Positions 1 to 14,491 of a stretch of DNA of 64,000 nt are shown piece by piece. Numbering within the stretch: position 1 is the first letter of the stretch; every line of letters starts with the position of its first letter. The notes beneath the pieces are model-generated. The model made no database searches and had not been told where the DNA came from. It was given only the letters and a program-made list of their open reading frames with translations. The stretch is from Octopus sinensis (Eukaryota). The translations under genes were made by a program, and so were the position numbers. Location of the stretch: contig NW_021835957.1 of NCBI RefSeq assembly GCF_006345805.1, positions 1 to 64,000 on the forward strand. Direction: 5' to 3'.

Positions 1-1669
1 TCTAGGAAATATTTTAACCTATTAAAAATAGCAGGAATATGTACCTCAAATCCTTATCTATCTCAAAGGATACATTGAATGATGTAGTCCTTGGTATAAA
101 AAAAAATAGAAAATCCAAGAAACCAAGGACCTAGAGTTTATTGGTTTTGTTATATTTCTATTTTAATATTCACCACCAGAGGGCACATTACTTCTTGCTT
201 AGCTTCAAGCACAGCAGTTAAATTACAACTTGAAAACTCATGAATATAAGTAGTGTTCATAATTATAAACATGGTAACTAATGAAAAAGAAAAAAAAAAA
301 AAAGGCTACTACCCCCATCCTATATTGATCAGCCATTTCGACAAAACAAAACCGTGCTGTATTTTATAGTTTATTTCCAGAATGCTACAAGTTTTGTGTT
401 AGTTAACCTCGCCGTTTTGTTTTGTTTTTTTTTAACTACAGTACTTTCTCATTTAACTACAGTAAATTTCAATCAGTCTATTTATTTTCCAATAACTTGT
501 CATGTCACACTTCAGAATCCCGGGCAACAACAAGAACAAAACCCACAGGCAAACGTAGGTGGCATGGCAGATAAAAGCATTGAAACACCAGTGTTCGATA
601 GTTACATAAAATCTGCTTCTTTATTTTGTTCGATACTCTTATAATATGGTTGCTGTTATAATTATGTTCTTCCTGAATTGAGTAACAATCCACTAGCATA
701 CTGTCCATCCCTAATGAGTCAATTAAAACTAACAATATATAACAACACTTCACCATTAGCAAGGTTCATTTTCTCTCAACAACAAAAAGTCACAATTTAC
801 TTCATTCACTCATACAACATACCACATTTCTGAGTGTGTGCATGCTTTTCCCTACCTACTTGCAGTCCTCATACCAATACAACAGCCAACATTAAATTAT
901 ATAGCCTAAACCCCACTAAGCATTTCCCTTAATTAACAGGCGTAAAGATCAAACAAAATCTTATCCCAGTTGCAATTGTGATTTGAACCTTTCTCTGCCC
1001 AGGTCTAGAGTTTATACTTATTTGGTCATTGAGGTCATATCTAATATTTAATCAAATTTCAGGTTAATCTGCACCAACACAAATTTCCCAAGTCTCTTTC
1101 TTTCTTTTTCTTCCTACAGTAAGCCTCTGACTCATGGCCTGCACTAATCTGAAGCTAAATAAAGTTCAAACACATTGACCTCCTACTAAAAATAATAAAA
1201 CAAAAAAAAAAATAAAAAGAAAAAAGACAGGGGGGTCCACATATGAATACTTAACTCAAACTACTGTCCCTGTTAGGTCTTTTATATGACTTAGTAATAA
1301 CAATAATAATATTAGAGGTTTGAGTGAGAGATAGAGAGAAACACACTCAACCAAAATAATATGTTTTTAATGAAAACACAGACAGGCCTTCAGAAAGGAA
1401 AAGGGAAGATCTAACAACCATGCCTCTTTAAAGAGCATTAACAAGGCTCCATCTGAGGTTTTAGTCAATTGTATTGACTGCACTGCAGTACTGTCTTATA
1501 CTTTCCTTTTAATTTTTTTTTTTTTTTTTACCAACCCTCTAAGATGAAGTGGCAAAAAAAACTAGCCTGTGCATAAAGGATGTAATCAATAGGGAACTAG
1601 ATATCGCAATATATTTTTATTTGAAACATTGATGTTGCCATTCAAAAGAAAAAATGTACATCCACTATA

Positions 1670-2472
1670 CAGCAAAAAGTTCCAGGACAAGTTATGTTCA
1701 ATAAAAAATAACTTATTTACCTAAGTTTTAACTTCATCTCCTTCGAAATAGTCACCTTGCACAGCAATACACCAGTCCCAGCCTTCCTGCCACTTTTGGA
1801 ATCTGGCCTGGAAGTCGTTTTCCATAAGCTAGTCAAGGATCTTCTGCAATTCACTCTGGATCTCAACAACAGTGTTAAAATGGCAACCTTTGAGCTGTCT
1901 TTTCATCTTGGGGAAGAGATGGAAGTCTGCAGGTGCCAAATCTGATGAATAGGGCAGGTGCAGAAGCAATATGTTTTTGGCAAGAAGCTCACAAGAGAGG
2001 AGAGCTCAGTGACAGGATGCATTGTTGTTGCGAAGAACTGGATTCTTCATGCTCCACAGATCTAGTTACTTTCGCTGAATGTCCTCCCTCAAATGCGTCA
2101 AAATATCACAATAGAACTTTCAGTTGACAGTTTAGCCCTGGGGAGGAATTCTCGATACACAATGCCACGGATGATAAAAAAACAATGAGCATTCTCTTGA
2201 GATGCGACTGCCGTGCGCCTGTGCCACATGAAACATTGGCAAGCTTATAGTGATGAGGTAATGGGTTGTATGCAAAGCATAGCCAATACAAACTACAGCA
2301 TATATATGATCACAAAAATATAAATTTCACAACTTGTGAAGTAAACACAGCAATGTTACTTAGCACACTGTCTCATGAAGGGCACTGCTAGCTCTCACTG
2401 TGCATGCAACCGTGTGCTGCCATCTGTTGGCGCACTATAAAACTAGCCCAGGAACTTTTTGATACCACCTCG
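1670..2472 (-). mobile_element. Degenerate, internally deleted mariner (Tc1/mariner) element, copy 1
   Basis: Colinear with 5873-6737. The minus strand encodes the mariner C-terminal motif ...VQGDYFEGD. The right TIR GGAACTTTTTGATACCACCTCG is followed by TA; the left TIR is eroded. Confidence 0.85.
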
Positions 2473-3279
2473 TACATATATTTATGCACACAACCCAAAT
2501 ACATATATAATTTTATGCCTGTTTTTCTACGTTAGCACAATTTGAATGAATACGTATTGAAGCATTACTTTACAGCCAGATGCTATCAGCATTGCCTGCT
2601 TTTCAATTTGTGAAGTATCTTTTCACTTTCTCACCTGCAGATGAGCAGAGCTACAAAATAATCTATTTGCAGGAAAATTAATCAAAAGCTTTTTTTTTTT
2701 TTTTTTTAATGAACACTTTCATGCAAGGACATGAAATGTAAATGTTCACACAAATACACACAGACATCAGGTTTCCATAAAATGTCTGACTACAAATTCT
2801 ATTCACAAGGCACTGCAGAAGAAACATACTCAAGACGCCATGCAGTGAGAGAGAACTCAAGACCATATGGTCACAAAGCAAACTCTGTATCCATACAGCT
2901 ATGTACATACATTTGTTATATGTGAAAATAGCACTGCCATCACTCACATGGGTATGACTTACTTGGTAATCAGAACTAAGCTTTTGATAATTGCTTACAT
3001 GCTTGTGTAGTCACAAGATGTAGACACACTTGACCTAGCAGAATATCAAGAATGTAAATAACTGGAGAAAGGGAGAGCTGCACCAATAGTCAGTTGGTAC
3101 TCGTTTTCAATTGGGTCGTCTGAAGCATCATGAAATAAAGTACCTTGCTCAAGGTTACAAAGTGTTATCCAACAATGCTTGTATGGGCTAGACAAATACT
3201 TACTGAGGCATGTTACAACCAGATGCCCTGGTCAAACCATCCAACCCATGCCAGCATGGACAACGGATGTTAAATGATA

Positions 3280-3331
<52 letters not shown>

Positions 3332-3510
3332 CACATACATATATCTGTGTGTGTGTGTGCATATATATATATATATATATATGTGTATATAAAACTACAG
3401 TTTACCTTTTTAAATTACCTGCTGCTGTATGCCAAGGACCATACTTACTGAGGTAATTACCAGGAGTGCCTCTGGATACTTATCCCTTAGAGGGCTTAAC
3501 CCTCTAACAT

Positions 3511-3557
<47 letters not shown>

Positions 3558-4319
3558 CAAGCCTTTCCTAGTTTCTGTGTATTGAATTTTACCCGAAAGA
3601 CTTTAGTTGTCCTGGGGCAATGAAAGAAGGCACTTGGCCCTAGAAGCTATGTAATGGGGTCTACCCTGTGGTCACATATTTACCACACAGGCATTGCCTG
3701 TGCCCATTATTCATACCTTTTCTTTTTCAGTAAAACAAAAAGGTGCAATTTCAAATACTTATGAAAATAAACAAAGACAAATGTCATTGTCCCTCGGAAA
3801 ATCAACCTATTCTAAAACATGTAACAAGTTGAACAAGTTTATTAGTCATAGATAGGCAACTCTCCACTCTCACAGTTGCAACTTCATAAAAGGCAGTATG
3901 AATACTTGTGGTTAAAAAGCAGACCTGAGAAAATGGTGATGGGGTGATAGTACAAGCTGCCTTTTTAAACAGCAATAGGTTAGTGGGTCTGTTTCAGTTA
4001 GGAGCACAGTTTTTTTTTTTCTTTCATAGTTGCTATGACCTCAATGCACAACAGTGACAGATCAATCATGTAAATATGCTACAACCCATTGATCAGCTGG
4101 TAATTGTCAATAATTTCACAATTGTTGTGTCTACAGGCTGTACACCACAATCATTTACAATTTTAATATCTTCTTAAACCAGGTCAACCCTACTCATGTA
4201 TTCGAGCAAATGTTATGGCACAAAGATATCTTCATCAAATGAAACTTTCTAAATATGCCCATCCCAACTCCCTCATCCCATCCATTCTTTTTGCTAGTAC
4301 TTGTTGCCTTAATATTTAA

Positions 4320-4531
4320 CCCTTTAGTATTCAGATTCCTGTCAAATGTAATATTTACTCACATTGATATGAATTAGTCATGCATTACCTTGTAACTGAG
4401 AATTGAATGACGTGATTGTTTATTTTTAGCATAGTATTGTAGAGTAAGTGTGAGAGGTTAGATCTGGCCAGTTAGAAAATAAAACAGGTAAATTATTTTG
4501 GCCGGATATGGCCAGTTTAAATGCTATCAGG
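4320..4531. mobile_element. piggyBac-type MITE (TTAA target)
   Basis: TTAA at 4316-4319 and 4532-4535. Short terminal inverted repeats CCCTTTAG(C/T)ATT...AATGCTA.... Homologous copies at 59376-59588 and, partially, ~50765-50900. Confidence 0.7.
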
Positions 4532-4898
4532 TTAAGGAATTAAGATATGTGATGCCCTTTTAAAAGGCAGTTCGAGAGATTTGCCTACTACGACCACTGT
4601 GTTCATTACAATTTAATTTTTATGATAACAACAAATTAGCAAATCCACAGAAAAATATATTTGAAATATAAATTACAGAAACATGGATTTTAATTAGTAG
4701 CAGTACACTGCGGTAGTTGCCAACATAGTAACTAAAGGGATACAGATACATGTTTGGTAGAAATTCACAGAGCCCAGAAAGGAATCAATAAAACACAAAC
4801 AACCTCTGTGTGTTGCCAAGTTAGAAATATATTTAGCAAAGAAAGAAAATCTAATAAAATCAATTATACACACCCATGTATATATATGTATTGCACAT

Positions 4899-5245
4899 AG
4901 GTGTATGCATGGGCAAGTGGTTAAGAAGTTAACTTTGCAACCACATGATTTGAGGTTCAATCCTACTTTACAACACCTTAGCAAAGTGTCTTCCAGTGGC
5001 TTGTGAATGAATTTGCCAGAAGAAAACTGCATAGAAACCTGTTGTGTGTGTGTGTATGTGTGTTCTCCATCATTGCTTGACAAACAGTGCTGGTTTGTTT
5101 ATGTCTGTAACTTAGTGATTCAGCAAAAGAGACCAATAGAGTAAGTATCAGACTTTAAAAATTTTGTCGATTTGTTCAACAAAATGGTCAAGGCAGTATC
5201 CCAGTATGGTTGCAATGCAATGACTGAAACAAGTAAAAGAGAAAA
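4899..5245 (+). mobile_element. tRNA-derived SINE family A (diverged copy)
   Basis: Same head (GTGGTTAAGAAG...GGTTCAATCC), internal (TG)n and 3' end (TGACTGAAACAAGTAAAAGAG) as the copy at 17730. Confidence 0.75.
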
Positions 5246-5872
5246 GCTGGTGGTAAAAATGACATCATAAAAGATAGTTTCAAACGAATACACAATCTTC
5301 TGTCAGCCTTCATTTAAGGGACATACAACATATCTTAAAGAATATTATTTACTTTATTTTTGCCTTTGAAAAGTTAGTAGCTATCTATACCTGTATTTCT
5401 TTAATCAGAAAGATGAATGAACAGTACAGGGTTGCTTATTGTTCAAAATGAATTGCTACGATGGGTATACATTTAATATACATTAAATATATAGAGAAAT
5501 TCAAAACTCTTAACATTTAATATAAAACCAGCTAACAAGCAAGGTCAGTTGAGCTTCTTAAATGCACCCCACTGCATTCATTAATCTCCTTTCACCAGTT
5601 TATAGCTACAGCTCAGTAATTACCATATAGCTGGTCACAAGCCCTGTAGCTTGTACTTTCAGCCCCAAAACCTCCAAGAAATTGAACTTGCTATATGTGG
5701 ACAACTGAACAGGATTACTGCTATTTTGTACCATATTTAGGACAATGAATATTCGCTCATCTTCTGGTAATGATACTTTTCTAAAATATATAGAAGATAT
5801 ATCAAAAGGTATTCACCACAAAATAGCAAAGAGATTATTAAAAATATACACAGGCATAATTGTAACAAAATA

Positions 5873-6737
5873 CAAGGTGGTATCAAAAGGTTCCAGGCCT
5901 AGTTATGTTTAATAAAAAATAACTTAGTTACCTAAGTTTTAACATCGCCTTCAAAATAGTCACCTTGCACAGCAATACAAGTCCCAGCATTCCTGCACTT
6001 TTGGAATCTGGCCTGGAAGGCGTTTTCCATAAGCAAATCAAAGACCTTCCATAATTCATTCTGGATCTCTACAACGATGTTAAAATGGCAACCTTTGAGC
6101 AGCTTGTTCATCTTGGGAAGAGATGGAAATCTGCAGGTGGTAAATCTGGTGAATAAGGTAGGTGTGGAAGCGATAACGTGTTTTTGGCGAGAACTTCCAA
6201 GTGAGGGGAGCTCAGTGACAGGGTGCATTGTCACCATGAAGAATCCAGTTCGCATTCCACAGATCCGGTTGCTTTTACCGAATGTCCTCCCTCAAATACT
6301 TCAAAACATCACAGTAGAACTTCCAATTGATGGTCTGGCCCTGGGGGACAAATTCTCAATGCACAATACCACATACCACATTTTCAGGGGTGACACTCAT
6401 TGCAGGTCTTCCAAGGATGTTCTTCTACTTTTCAAGTGCCCATGCCACTCGAAACATTGAATACAACCGATTGTCTTATTGCCATAAGCTTGCCACAGCA
6501 TGCTCAATACCTCTGTAGCAGACTTCCCAAGTTTAACACAAGATTTCACATTGGCTCTTTGTTCCTGTCCATGACAATATCGCAGACTAGAGGATGCACG
6601 TGAACACAAAAACAATTTAACAACTTGCAAAGTAAACACAATGAAGTCACTGCTAGCTCTCACTGCACACACAACCTTGTGCTGCCATCTGTTGGCACAC
6701 TACAGAAGTAGGTCGGGAACCTTATGATGCTACCTCA
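5873..6737 (-). mobile_element. Degenerate mariner element, copy 2 (transposase pseudogene, internal deletion)
   Basis: TA-flanked TIRs CAAGGTGGTATCAAAAGGTTCC / GGAACCTTATGATGCTACCTCA. Minus-strand peptides EQRANVKSCVKLGKSATEVLSMLWQAYG (mariner N-terminal HTH) and CIAVQGDYFEGD (mariner C-terminus). At ~865 bp it is shorter than an autonomous ~1.3-kb element. Confidence 0.9.
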
Positions 6738-7949
6738 TAGAAAATGAAAATTTTATATCATTTAAGTGCTAAAAGGACTTCTGAATTACTACATATATTT
6801 GTATGTGTATACATGCACACACACATCCATTTAGTCATGCTAGTATGGACTAGACAAATACTTATTGATGCATTATGTTACAACCTTCCTGGTGATGACG
6901 AGTGAGTGCGTTTTGCAAGATTCATGTCAAATCATGAACTGAAACATTATTGAACTGACACCTGTCTCTGTTTCACTATAACCTTTCATCATCTGACAAG
7001 ATCACCTCCTTCAATGCTCCCATCCCAACTGTCAGTGCAAATGCCACTTAAAAGCACCCAGTCCACACTGTAAAGTGGTTGGTGTTCAGAAGAGTACCCA
7101 GCTGTAAAAAGCACTAAGTCTACTCTGCTGAGTGATTGGTGTTAGGAAAGGCATCCAGCTGTAAAAATCCTACCAAAACAGTCACAGGAATCTGGTGCAG
7201 GCTTCTGCCTGGCCAGCTCTCATAAACTGTCTCACCCATGCTAGTATGGAAGAAGCACATTAAACGATGATGATGGTAGTTATAGTTCACTTTCTTAATA
7301 ATTATGAGCTGTATACAACTATAGCCTTCTCAATGACTACCTACAACTAGTTCCCTTCTCTCTTTATGCTTAGTATTGATACATATTTTTTGTGTGTGCA
7401 TTTGTATATAGGGTGTAGTTTATAGCAGGAATTAGGTATCCGTGTCTGCAAGTGTAAAAACAAAATAAAAAACATTCATTTATCACCATATATAGACACA
7501 GCACCAACACCCCATTTACAGAACTACATATACAATATTTAAATATGTCCACTCTGCTGGGTGGTTGATCTTAGGAAGGGCATCCAGCCGTGAAAATCAT
7601 GCCAAAACAGACACAGAAATCTGGTGCAGGCTCCTGCCTGGCCAGCTCCAGTCCAACCATCCAACCTATGCCAGCATGGAAGGCAGACATTAAATGATGA
7701 TGATGATGATATAAATACCAGACATACACAAAAAAGGAAGAAAGCCATTTGTGAGTTAAACCATTAACTAATTAATAAAGTAAACTACAAGTATTTGTTT
7801 CTTATAGACAAAATGATCTTTCATATATATATTTATATTAGACCAGTGAGAACAGTCAAAATCAAAATCAAACCAATCAATTCATATATCAGAAAGCAGA
7901 ACCAAATGAGGTCGATCAACATCAGTGGGAATTGCAGCTGTGGTTAAGC

Positions 7950-8410
7950 GAACCATCCGATCGTGGTCATTGCTGGCGCCGCCCCGTCTAGCCTCCGTGT
8001 CGGTGGCACATAAAAGCACCATCCGTTCGTGTTCGTTGCCAGCCTCGCCTGGCCCCCGTGCCGGTGACACGTAAAAGCACCATCCGTTTCATGGCCGTTT
8101 GCCAGCTCTGTCTGGCCCCCGTGTTGGTGGCACGTAAAAGCACCATCCGTTCGTGTCCGTTGCCAGCCTCGCCTGGCCCCCGTGACGGTGACACGTAAAA
8201 GCACCATCCGTTCATGGCCGTTTGCCAGCTCTGTCTGGCACGTAAAAAGCACCCACTACACTCACGGAGTGGTTGGTGTTAGGAAGGGCATCCAGCCGTA
8301 GAAACACTGCCAGATCTGACTGGGCCTGATGAAGCCTTCCAGCTTCACAGACCCCCAGTTGAACCGTCCAACCCATGCTAGCATGGAAAACGGACGCTAA
8401 ATGATGATAT
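7950..8410 (+). mobile_element. Retroposon 3' fragment (family B, (ATG)n tail) with internal ~60-bp tandem units
   Basis: Shared block GGTTGGYGTTAGGAAGGGCATCCAGC...CCAACCCATGCTAGCATGG...(ATG)n also at ~7050-7275, 7550-7710, 16960-17180 and inverted at 63630-63750. The unit CACGTAAAAGCACCATCCGTTC...TTGCCAGC recurs about every 60 bp at 8007-8250. Confidence 0.7.
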
Positions 8411-8921
8411 ATATATATATAACACACAATTTTGTGTGTGTGCATCTGGTGATGAGAACTCAGTTGATCGATTAAATGAGTAACCTTCCCCTGAATTATT
8501 AACATCTAAGTGGCTGAGCAAGCCAGCTGGCCATTTGTAGCCTCAATGTAATACTGAGGCAGAATCAGCTTCACAGTATGTAACAGGGTTGCACTTTTTC
8601 TTTTAATTAGACGATATACAATCCATCAAATAAGCTTCTATATAGTTTTTATCAATTCAGTTTAACTCACAAACTAAAAGTTAAGCTGAGGATAAGAAAA
8701 GGATAATCCAAAAATGATAGTAAACTTGTGTGCAGGACCCTGTAGTTGTAAAGTGAATGCAACCATTTGGCCATACAGTACCTACAAATATATATATATA
8801 TATATATATACACACATTATCATCTTTTCATGTCTGTCTTCCATGCTGGCAAGCCAGAGGACTGCACCAAGCTTCATTGTCTACCTTGGCATGATATATA
8901 TATATATAATTTAATAACCAA

Positions 8922-9090
8922 TGTTTTTATGTGCTACTATTAGTTTTGTGTTCAGAACATGCCAAACAATGTTTTATAACACATCTGGTGTCCCAGCACA
9001 ATCATCAGACCATGCCTGAGACACCAGATGTGTTATAACCATTGTTTAGCATGTTCTCAGCACATGAAACTAATAGTAGCACATAAAAAC
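8922..9090. repeat. Palindromic (foldback) short element with degenerate hammerhead-like motifs
   Basis: Arms TTTTTATGTGCTACTATTAGTTT...ACATCTGGTGTC and GACACCAGATGT...AAACTAATAGTAGCACATAAAAA. CTGATGA on the minus strand at ~9002-9008 and GAAACTAATAGTA on the plus strand. Confidence 0.7.
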
Positions 9091-10077
9091 CTGTTTATTG
9101 AATAATTTTATCTTCCACTAGATGGGATACTTTTTTTTTGTTGATCTTACCATATATTCTTCCCACTCTCTTCTGTTCTTTTCTCCTTTTAATCCTAATT
9201 TCTCTCTACATTTATATTCTCCACTCCTACTGGGCTCTCTACACACATTCTGATTGAATCTTCCATGTGTAAACACGTACCTCCTTGCAATAATGTAAAC
9301 TTTCATTTAATCAAGATATCTTTGGCTTAAAGCATAGCCTGTGATATACACCTCCCTTGGATATTTACCACTTCCAAGGTTCCACTCACTATGAAACATA
9401 TGTAGCTTGGATCTTATGTACTTCATTCCTTAACTCTTGTATATCATCATCGTTTTGGTAGGACGGTTGATAGGAGCCAGCCAGGTAGAAAAACTACCCT
9501 AGGCTACTGTGTCTGTTTTGGTTGAGATTTTTACAGTTGGATGCCCTTCCTAAACCAACTATTCCACAGAGTAGACTCTCCCTCTCTTATCTCCCTATGT
9601 GACCGGTGTTCAACCAAGCCTGATCTTTCTTGGTTCGGCCATTGTCCATGTAACATCTATATTCCTCCCTGTGCCCGTGAAATCCTGTATCCCTGCCATA
9701 AGGCTTTATTTCCACACACGCCAGCTTAATTTAATTCATCCTTAGTCGAAAGGCACCTGTTGTTATGTCCTGTTATTTGTATTTGTGTAACAGTCTCAGT
9801 TTTTTTTTTTCCGTCCTTGTTTTCATATACATTCGCTGCTTTCTTCCAAGGAATCTAATGCTCTTAGCTTAGTTCTTCCTTGGGGCTGGCCAGATTGGAG
9901 CAATCTCAAGTATAACCAGCCAAAATTGCAAAGAGAATCTGGAACTCGACTGAGGAAAGAAAACTCCAAATGATCCGTCCTCGTTTTCTTTGTATCGTCT
10001 ATCTGGATGTTTCTTTGTCCCATTTTTGTATCACCTAACTGTCTGGATGTTGTGCGTTCTTGTCCCATTTTGTATTT

Positions 10078-10127
<50 letters not shown>

Positions 10128-10128
<1 letters not shown>

Positions 10129-10482
10129 AACAGGCATGATTGCATGTTTCAGAAGCTCACTTTGCAACCATAAGGTTTCAGTTTCACTTTGCAGCACATT
10201 AGGCAAGTGTCTACTATAACCCTAGGCTGACCAATGCCTTCTGAGTGAATCTGGTAGATGGAAACTGTGTGAAGCCCGTGTGTCTTTGTATTTATGCCCC
10301 CTTCAACTTGACATCCGGTAACTGGTATTGGTTTGTTTACACTCCCATAACTTAGATGTTCGGCAAAAGCGACCGACAGAATAAGTCCCAAACTTATGTA
10401 CTGAAGTCGATTTCATTACCCAAAACCTTTCAATGCTATGTCCCAGCATGGCCGCAGTCCAACTGACTGAAACAGGATAAAA
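10128..10482 (+). mobile_element. SINE family A copy
   Basis: GGCAAGTGTCTACTATA...GGTAGATGGAAACTG...CCAGCATGGCCGCAGTC, homologous to the copy at 17730. Confidence 0.75.
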
Positions 10483-12090
10483 CAATACATACACACAAAA
10501 TATAGAACTGTATACACACAAAAGATTTCATGAATGGATCTGTTTCAACAATGAGTATTCCAGTTGTTTGATCAACTGAACTGACTATTCATTGAATATA
10601 TATAGTGAGGGTAGTTACAACTTAAACGGAATTCTTAGGTAGATTCAGCGTGACCCAGTGTGAGAAACTTAGCGTTTTGTATTAAAAGTTCTGTCCATCT
10701 GTCAGGCTGTCATAGTTCCTACTTAACCAATTTAACTCACAAGTGTGGGTTAGCTTGTGGTTAAGGTGAATAAACACTTGACCAAGAGACCACAGGGTGT
10801 CATCGAACCTGCAGCACCAAACTTGTACGAAACCAACTTCTTAGCGTCTATACTAGTCATAGGCAATCTGCAGGACTTTCTTCGTGACACGCCTAATGAA
10901 AAATTACCTTGAAATTTTTCAGTAGTGCGGCCTGCTTCTCGAAAAAGAATGCCCAAGCCTCATTAGACCGTGCTTGGGTTCATAAACATACGTCATCCAT
11001 GATGAAACCGAACCGGCTAGAACATCATAATGGAAGCGCAAACAGATGAAAACAGATCAACAGACTAGAAGTAAAATTGATTTTTCTCTATGAATAACTA
11101 ATTAACAAGTAGAAATAATGCAAATCAAATCATAAATGAGCTAAAAAAATTATTTTTTTAAAAAACGCTATAAAAATATGTTCAGTGTAGACGAGTAAGT
11201 AGACATTAAATAGTTTAGTGCATTCCTCACAGTCGGAGGATGATGATGATGTAGGCAAGTCTGTTATGTGAAACGAGGAGGAAGCAAATAGCCGATTTTG
11301 ACTACAGGCGATTCAGAATACAACCAGCTTAGCATATAACGGAAAGGAGTGATGGGAAAGATGATGAGGAAATACTTAGAGAGTCAGTCCTACACGCATA
11401 CCAATATGATAAAAAATAATTTTGAAAGCTGCTGCTGATTACGATGGTAAAGATTGGAGAAAAGATGAATGATGGATTACTAATATTACATCCGTTTTGA
11501 GTTTTTCGTTTGTTTATATTTCGTAAGTGCTAGTTAAAAGGTGTCAGACAGCAGCTGATTTCATGATAAAGATTGTAAGAATATACTACTATACATGCGC
11601 ACAGGGCAAAACTGAGCCATCACAATAGGCAAGACCTTTATAACATCATCACCAAACGACAACTGATTGAAAAGGGGGTCACGAGGAGGACATAGTTGGA
11701 GAGAAATGGGTCAACGTATGGGTGGAGCAACACAGCTTCCTCGCACATACAGCCTCGCCCAAGATCCTATTATGACGCAAACAACTGTTGGTTGTCTGCT
11801 GCCAATTTCACCAAAAGACAAGAGTGGAGAGAAGAAATGCAAAAGGAGATACTGTTACGCATCCTCTTCAAACACACTTATAACTGCCTAAAATCTGGTG
11901 AGAGGTGGAGGTGCGGCCTACTCTTTCCCTCCAAATAATACAAACCAACTCTCATAATCGTAAATTCGATAGCGCACGTGTGTGTGTGTGTGTGTGCATT
12001 TAAGTATATGTCTGGGCACAAAGTGATCAATGGATTCGCATCCATAAAGGGCCTTAGCCCCACGAACGATCGTCAGACTGAAGCCGAAGG

Positions 12091-12134
<44 letters not shown>

Positions 12135-12410
12135 TACTGAGCTAATTGAACGAAACTTCAGTAACGGTGACTTTAATGCTTGATGTTATTTCATGTGAAA
12201 TCGAAAGAATACCAAAACCCTAACCCTAACCACCGGGCATATATATTTTTTATCTTCGCCGGTTTTTGTTCGTGTGTGGACAAACGGAAGAAAAGGTCGC
12301 TAAGACGTCTAGTAGCAGTTACAGGTATTATTTAAAACAGTTTGGTTGGGTTTCGAAATACTTCAAGTAGCACAGAAACCGAATCAAACAGTTTTGAATA
12401 ATAATAGTAA

Positions 12411-12457
<47 letters not shown>

Positions 12458-13257
12458 CTGAGTTTCGGAATAAATACAATAACTAAATGTTACTTCTAGA
12501 AAATGTAAGATTTTCGGCTCTCTTCGTCACATAGGAGAGGGGGTTTTTTTTGAAATGATTTATAAATAAACTTTAATTCATTTCCGTTTTTTTTTTATAT
12601 TTCTTTTTCCACGAAAATAATCTGCGCTAATTGAACTCGAAATATTTTTGGGGAAAAAACCACCACACACGCACAGTTACAACTATTCTAGTATCATATT
12701 GGAATATACTTCCACAGGTTTTATATATAGGGAAAATAAAAGAGAAAAAACGTGTAGAAAACACGATAAAAAAAAAATAAGAATTGTCAAGCTATGAGTA
12801 ATTGCAGTTCACGATAATGAACATTCAATGATATTACGGATGTACATAACAAGCACATACATTCCACAGGCAAATATACGTTATTACGGGTCTAATATTT
12901 TGAATTATTTATATATATATATATATATACATATATTATTTCCCTAATTATAAGGAAATAAAACTATTTTACTTTTCGAATGACCGGAGAAAATATATTA
13001 ACTTATATGTGAGCATAATTATACACACAGACACACATAAATATATATGCGCGCGCACGCACACAGACTAAATACACATGTAAAAGATATATATGCATCG
13101 TACAAATGATCTTGAGTATGAATGTATTGTTTAGCCCGAGGTCACCATCATGGGGCTGAATCAAGTACGTTCCAGCTATGACCACACACCATTTCAAGAC
13201 AGTGCATCTAGAACAACATCATTGGGCATTCTTTCATAAGTGTGTCCCTCAAAATAG

Positions 13258-13302
<45 letters not shown>

Positions 13303-14284
13303 AGACCGTAGACTCCTTTCTTATTTTGCGAACGAGTGCTCACCGACCACAACAGAATGTAGTATACTCAAAAGATATATTAAGAGAGCATGGTATGTAT
13401 AAGGTCCGCTGAAAATATGAAAGAACGAAAGTAAAACTACAACAATATACTCAATGAGATAAAAGAAAAAAATTTCAGCCAAACTCCACCCAAACACAAC
13501 CCGCCTCCCTTTTTATTATACACATCAGAGATTAATCTTTCAATAAACGAGGGTTTACATATGCATCGTCACACACACACGCAGATAGGCATGCATAAAT
13601 AAATATTACATACAATATACATGTGAATATATTTCTGACACTATACGCCTGTGTGTATGTATGAATGATTTACACATACACAGGCAATGTTTCGGAATAA
13701 GTACATGACGTCAGTTATGAGTAAGTGCAGACGAAAGAATGTTACACACTCACTCATGACTTTTACCGAAAGATTGCCCATACACAATATATACGCGTGT
13801 TTGTGTGTGTGTGTGTGTGTGTGTACACACACACAATATACATACATACGGACTGTAACATCATTCCCACCTGTTTATATATGAAGTCGTTTACTATACA
13901 AATATCACACACAACCAAATCTCTAACGTCTTGAAAATTAAATAGAAATTTTAAAATAAAAATTGGAATTCTCATGATTAGAATATCCTTGAAGTATTTG
14001 CCAATGATGACTTGGATAGACACTCACTACTCGTCCACAAGCGAAACTTCGATACGGTGGACACTGATAGATTTAAAATATCTATTTTCTTTAATACATA
14101 AAAGTAAGGACTGCCTTACTTACAGAATAAAGCACTCAATACATGGTATAGTCTAATATTTATAATAATTTGAAAGTAAATTTGGGCGAGCTTTAATTTT
14201 AGGTACATGTAATCTGCAATACCAAAAACACCTAACTTTGAAGTTTGTTGCAAAGTTTAAATGCACAGCTGACGAAAGTTCGAG

Positions 14285-14339
<55 letters not shown>

Positions 14340-14402
14340 TATACACACACACACATACATATAAAAAAATAAAAAACCAGAGAAATTTCAGACAAAACTT
14401 AC

Positions 14403-14491
14403 TCTCTCTGCGTTTCCTCGGCTTTCGTCCGCCAGTACTTCACCTCATCTTCCTGCGAGGCAAACCTTATATTTGAATCGAGAACATCCAT
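14403..14491 (-). CDS. nudE: First coding exon of a nuclear distribution protein NudE homologue (NDE1/NDEL1-like), partial
   Basis: ATG at 14491 gives MDVLDSNIRFASQEDEVKYWRTKAEETQR(E), matching the F.S.E.E..YW N-terminal signature of NudE proteins. It ends in phase 2 at a consensus donor GA|GTAAGT, which matches my recollection of the first coding exon of vertebrate NDE1/NDEL1. No later NudE exon was recognised in 1-14400, so intron 1 is probably >14 kb. Confidence 0.8.

Noticed and set aside
3210-3456. YIYIYI/CVCV/HTHT/poly-L/poly-N ORFs here and throughout (e.g. 20132-21080, 22883-23433, 41290-41677)
   Set aside because: These are translations of microsatellites.
9118-9306. Charged ORF ending at ATG|GTAAGA as nudE exon 2
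   Set aside because: It lacks the EFQE.SRELE.ELE coiled-coil signature and the phase does not clearly fit; it is probably a retroelement remnant.
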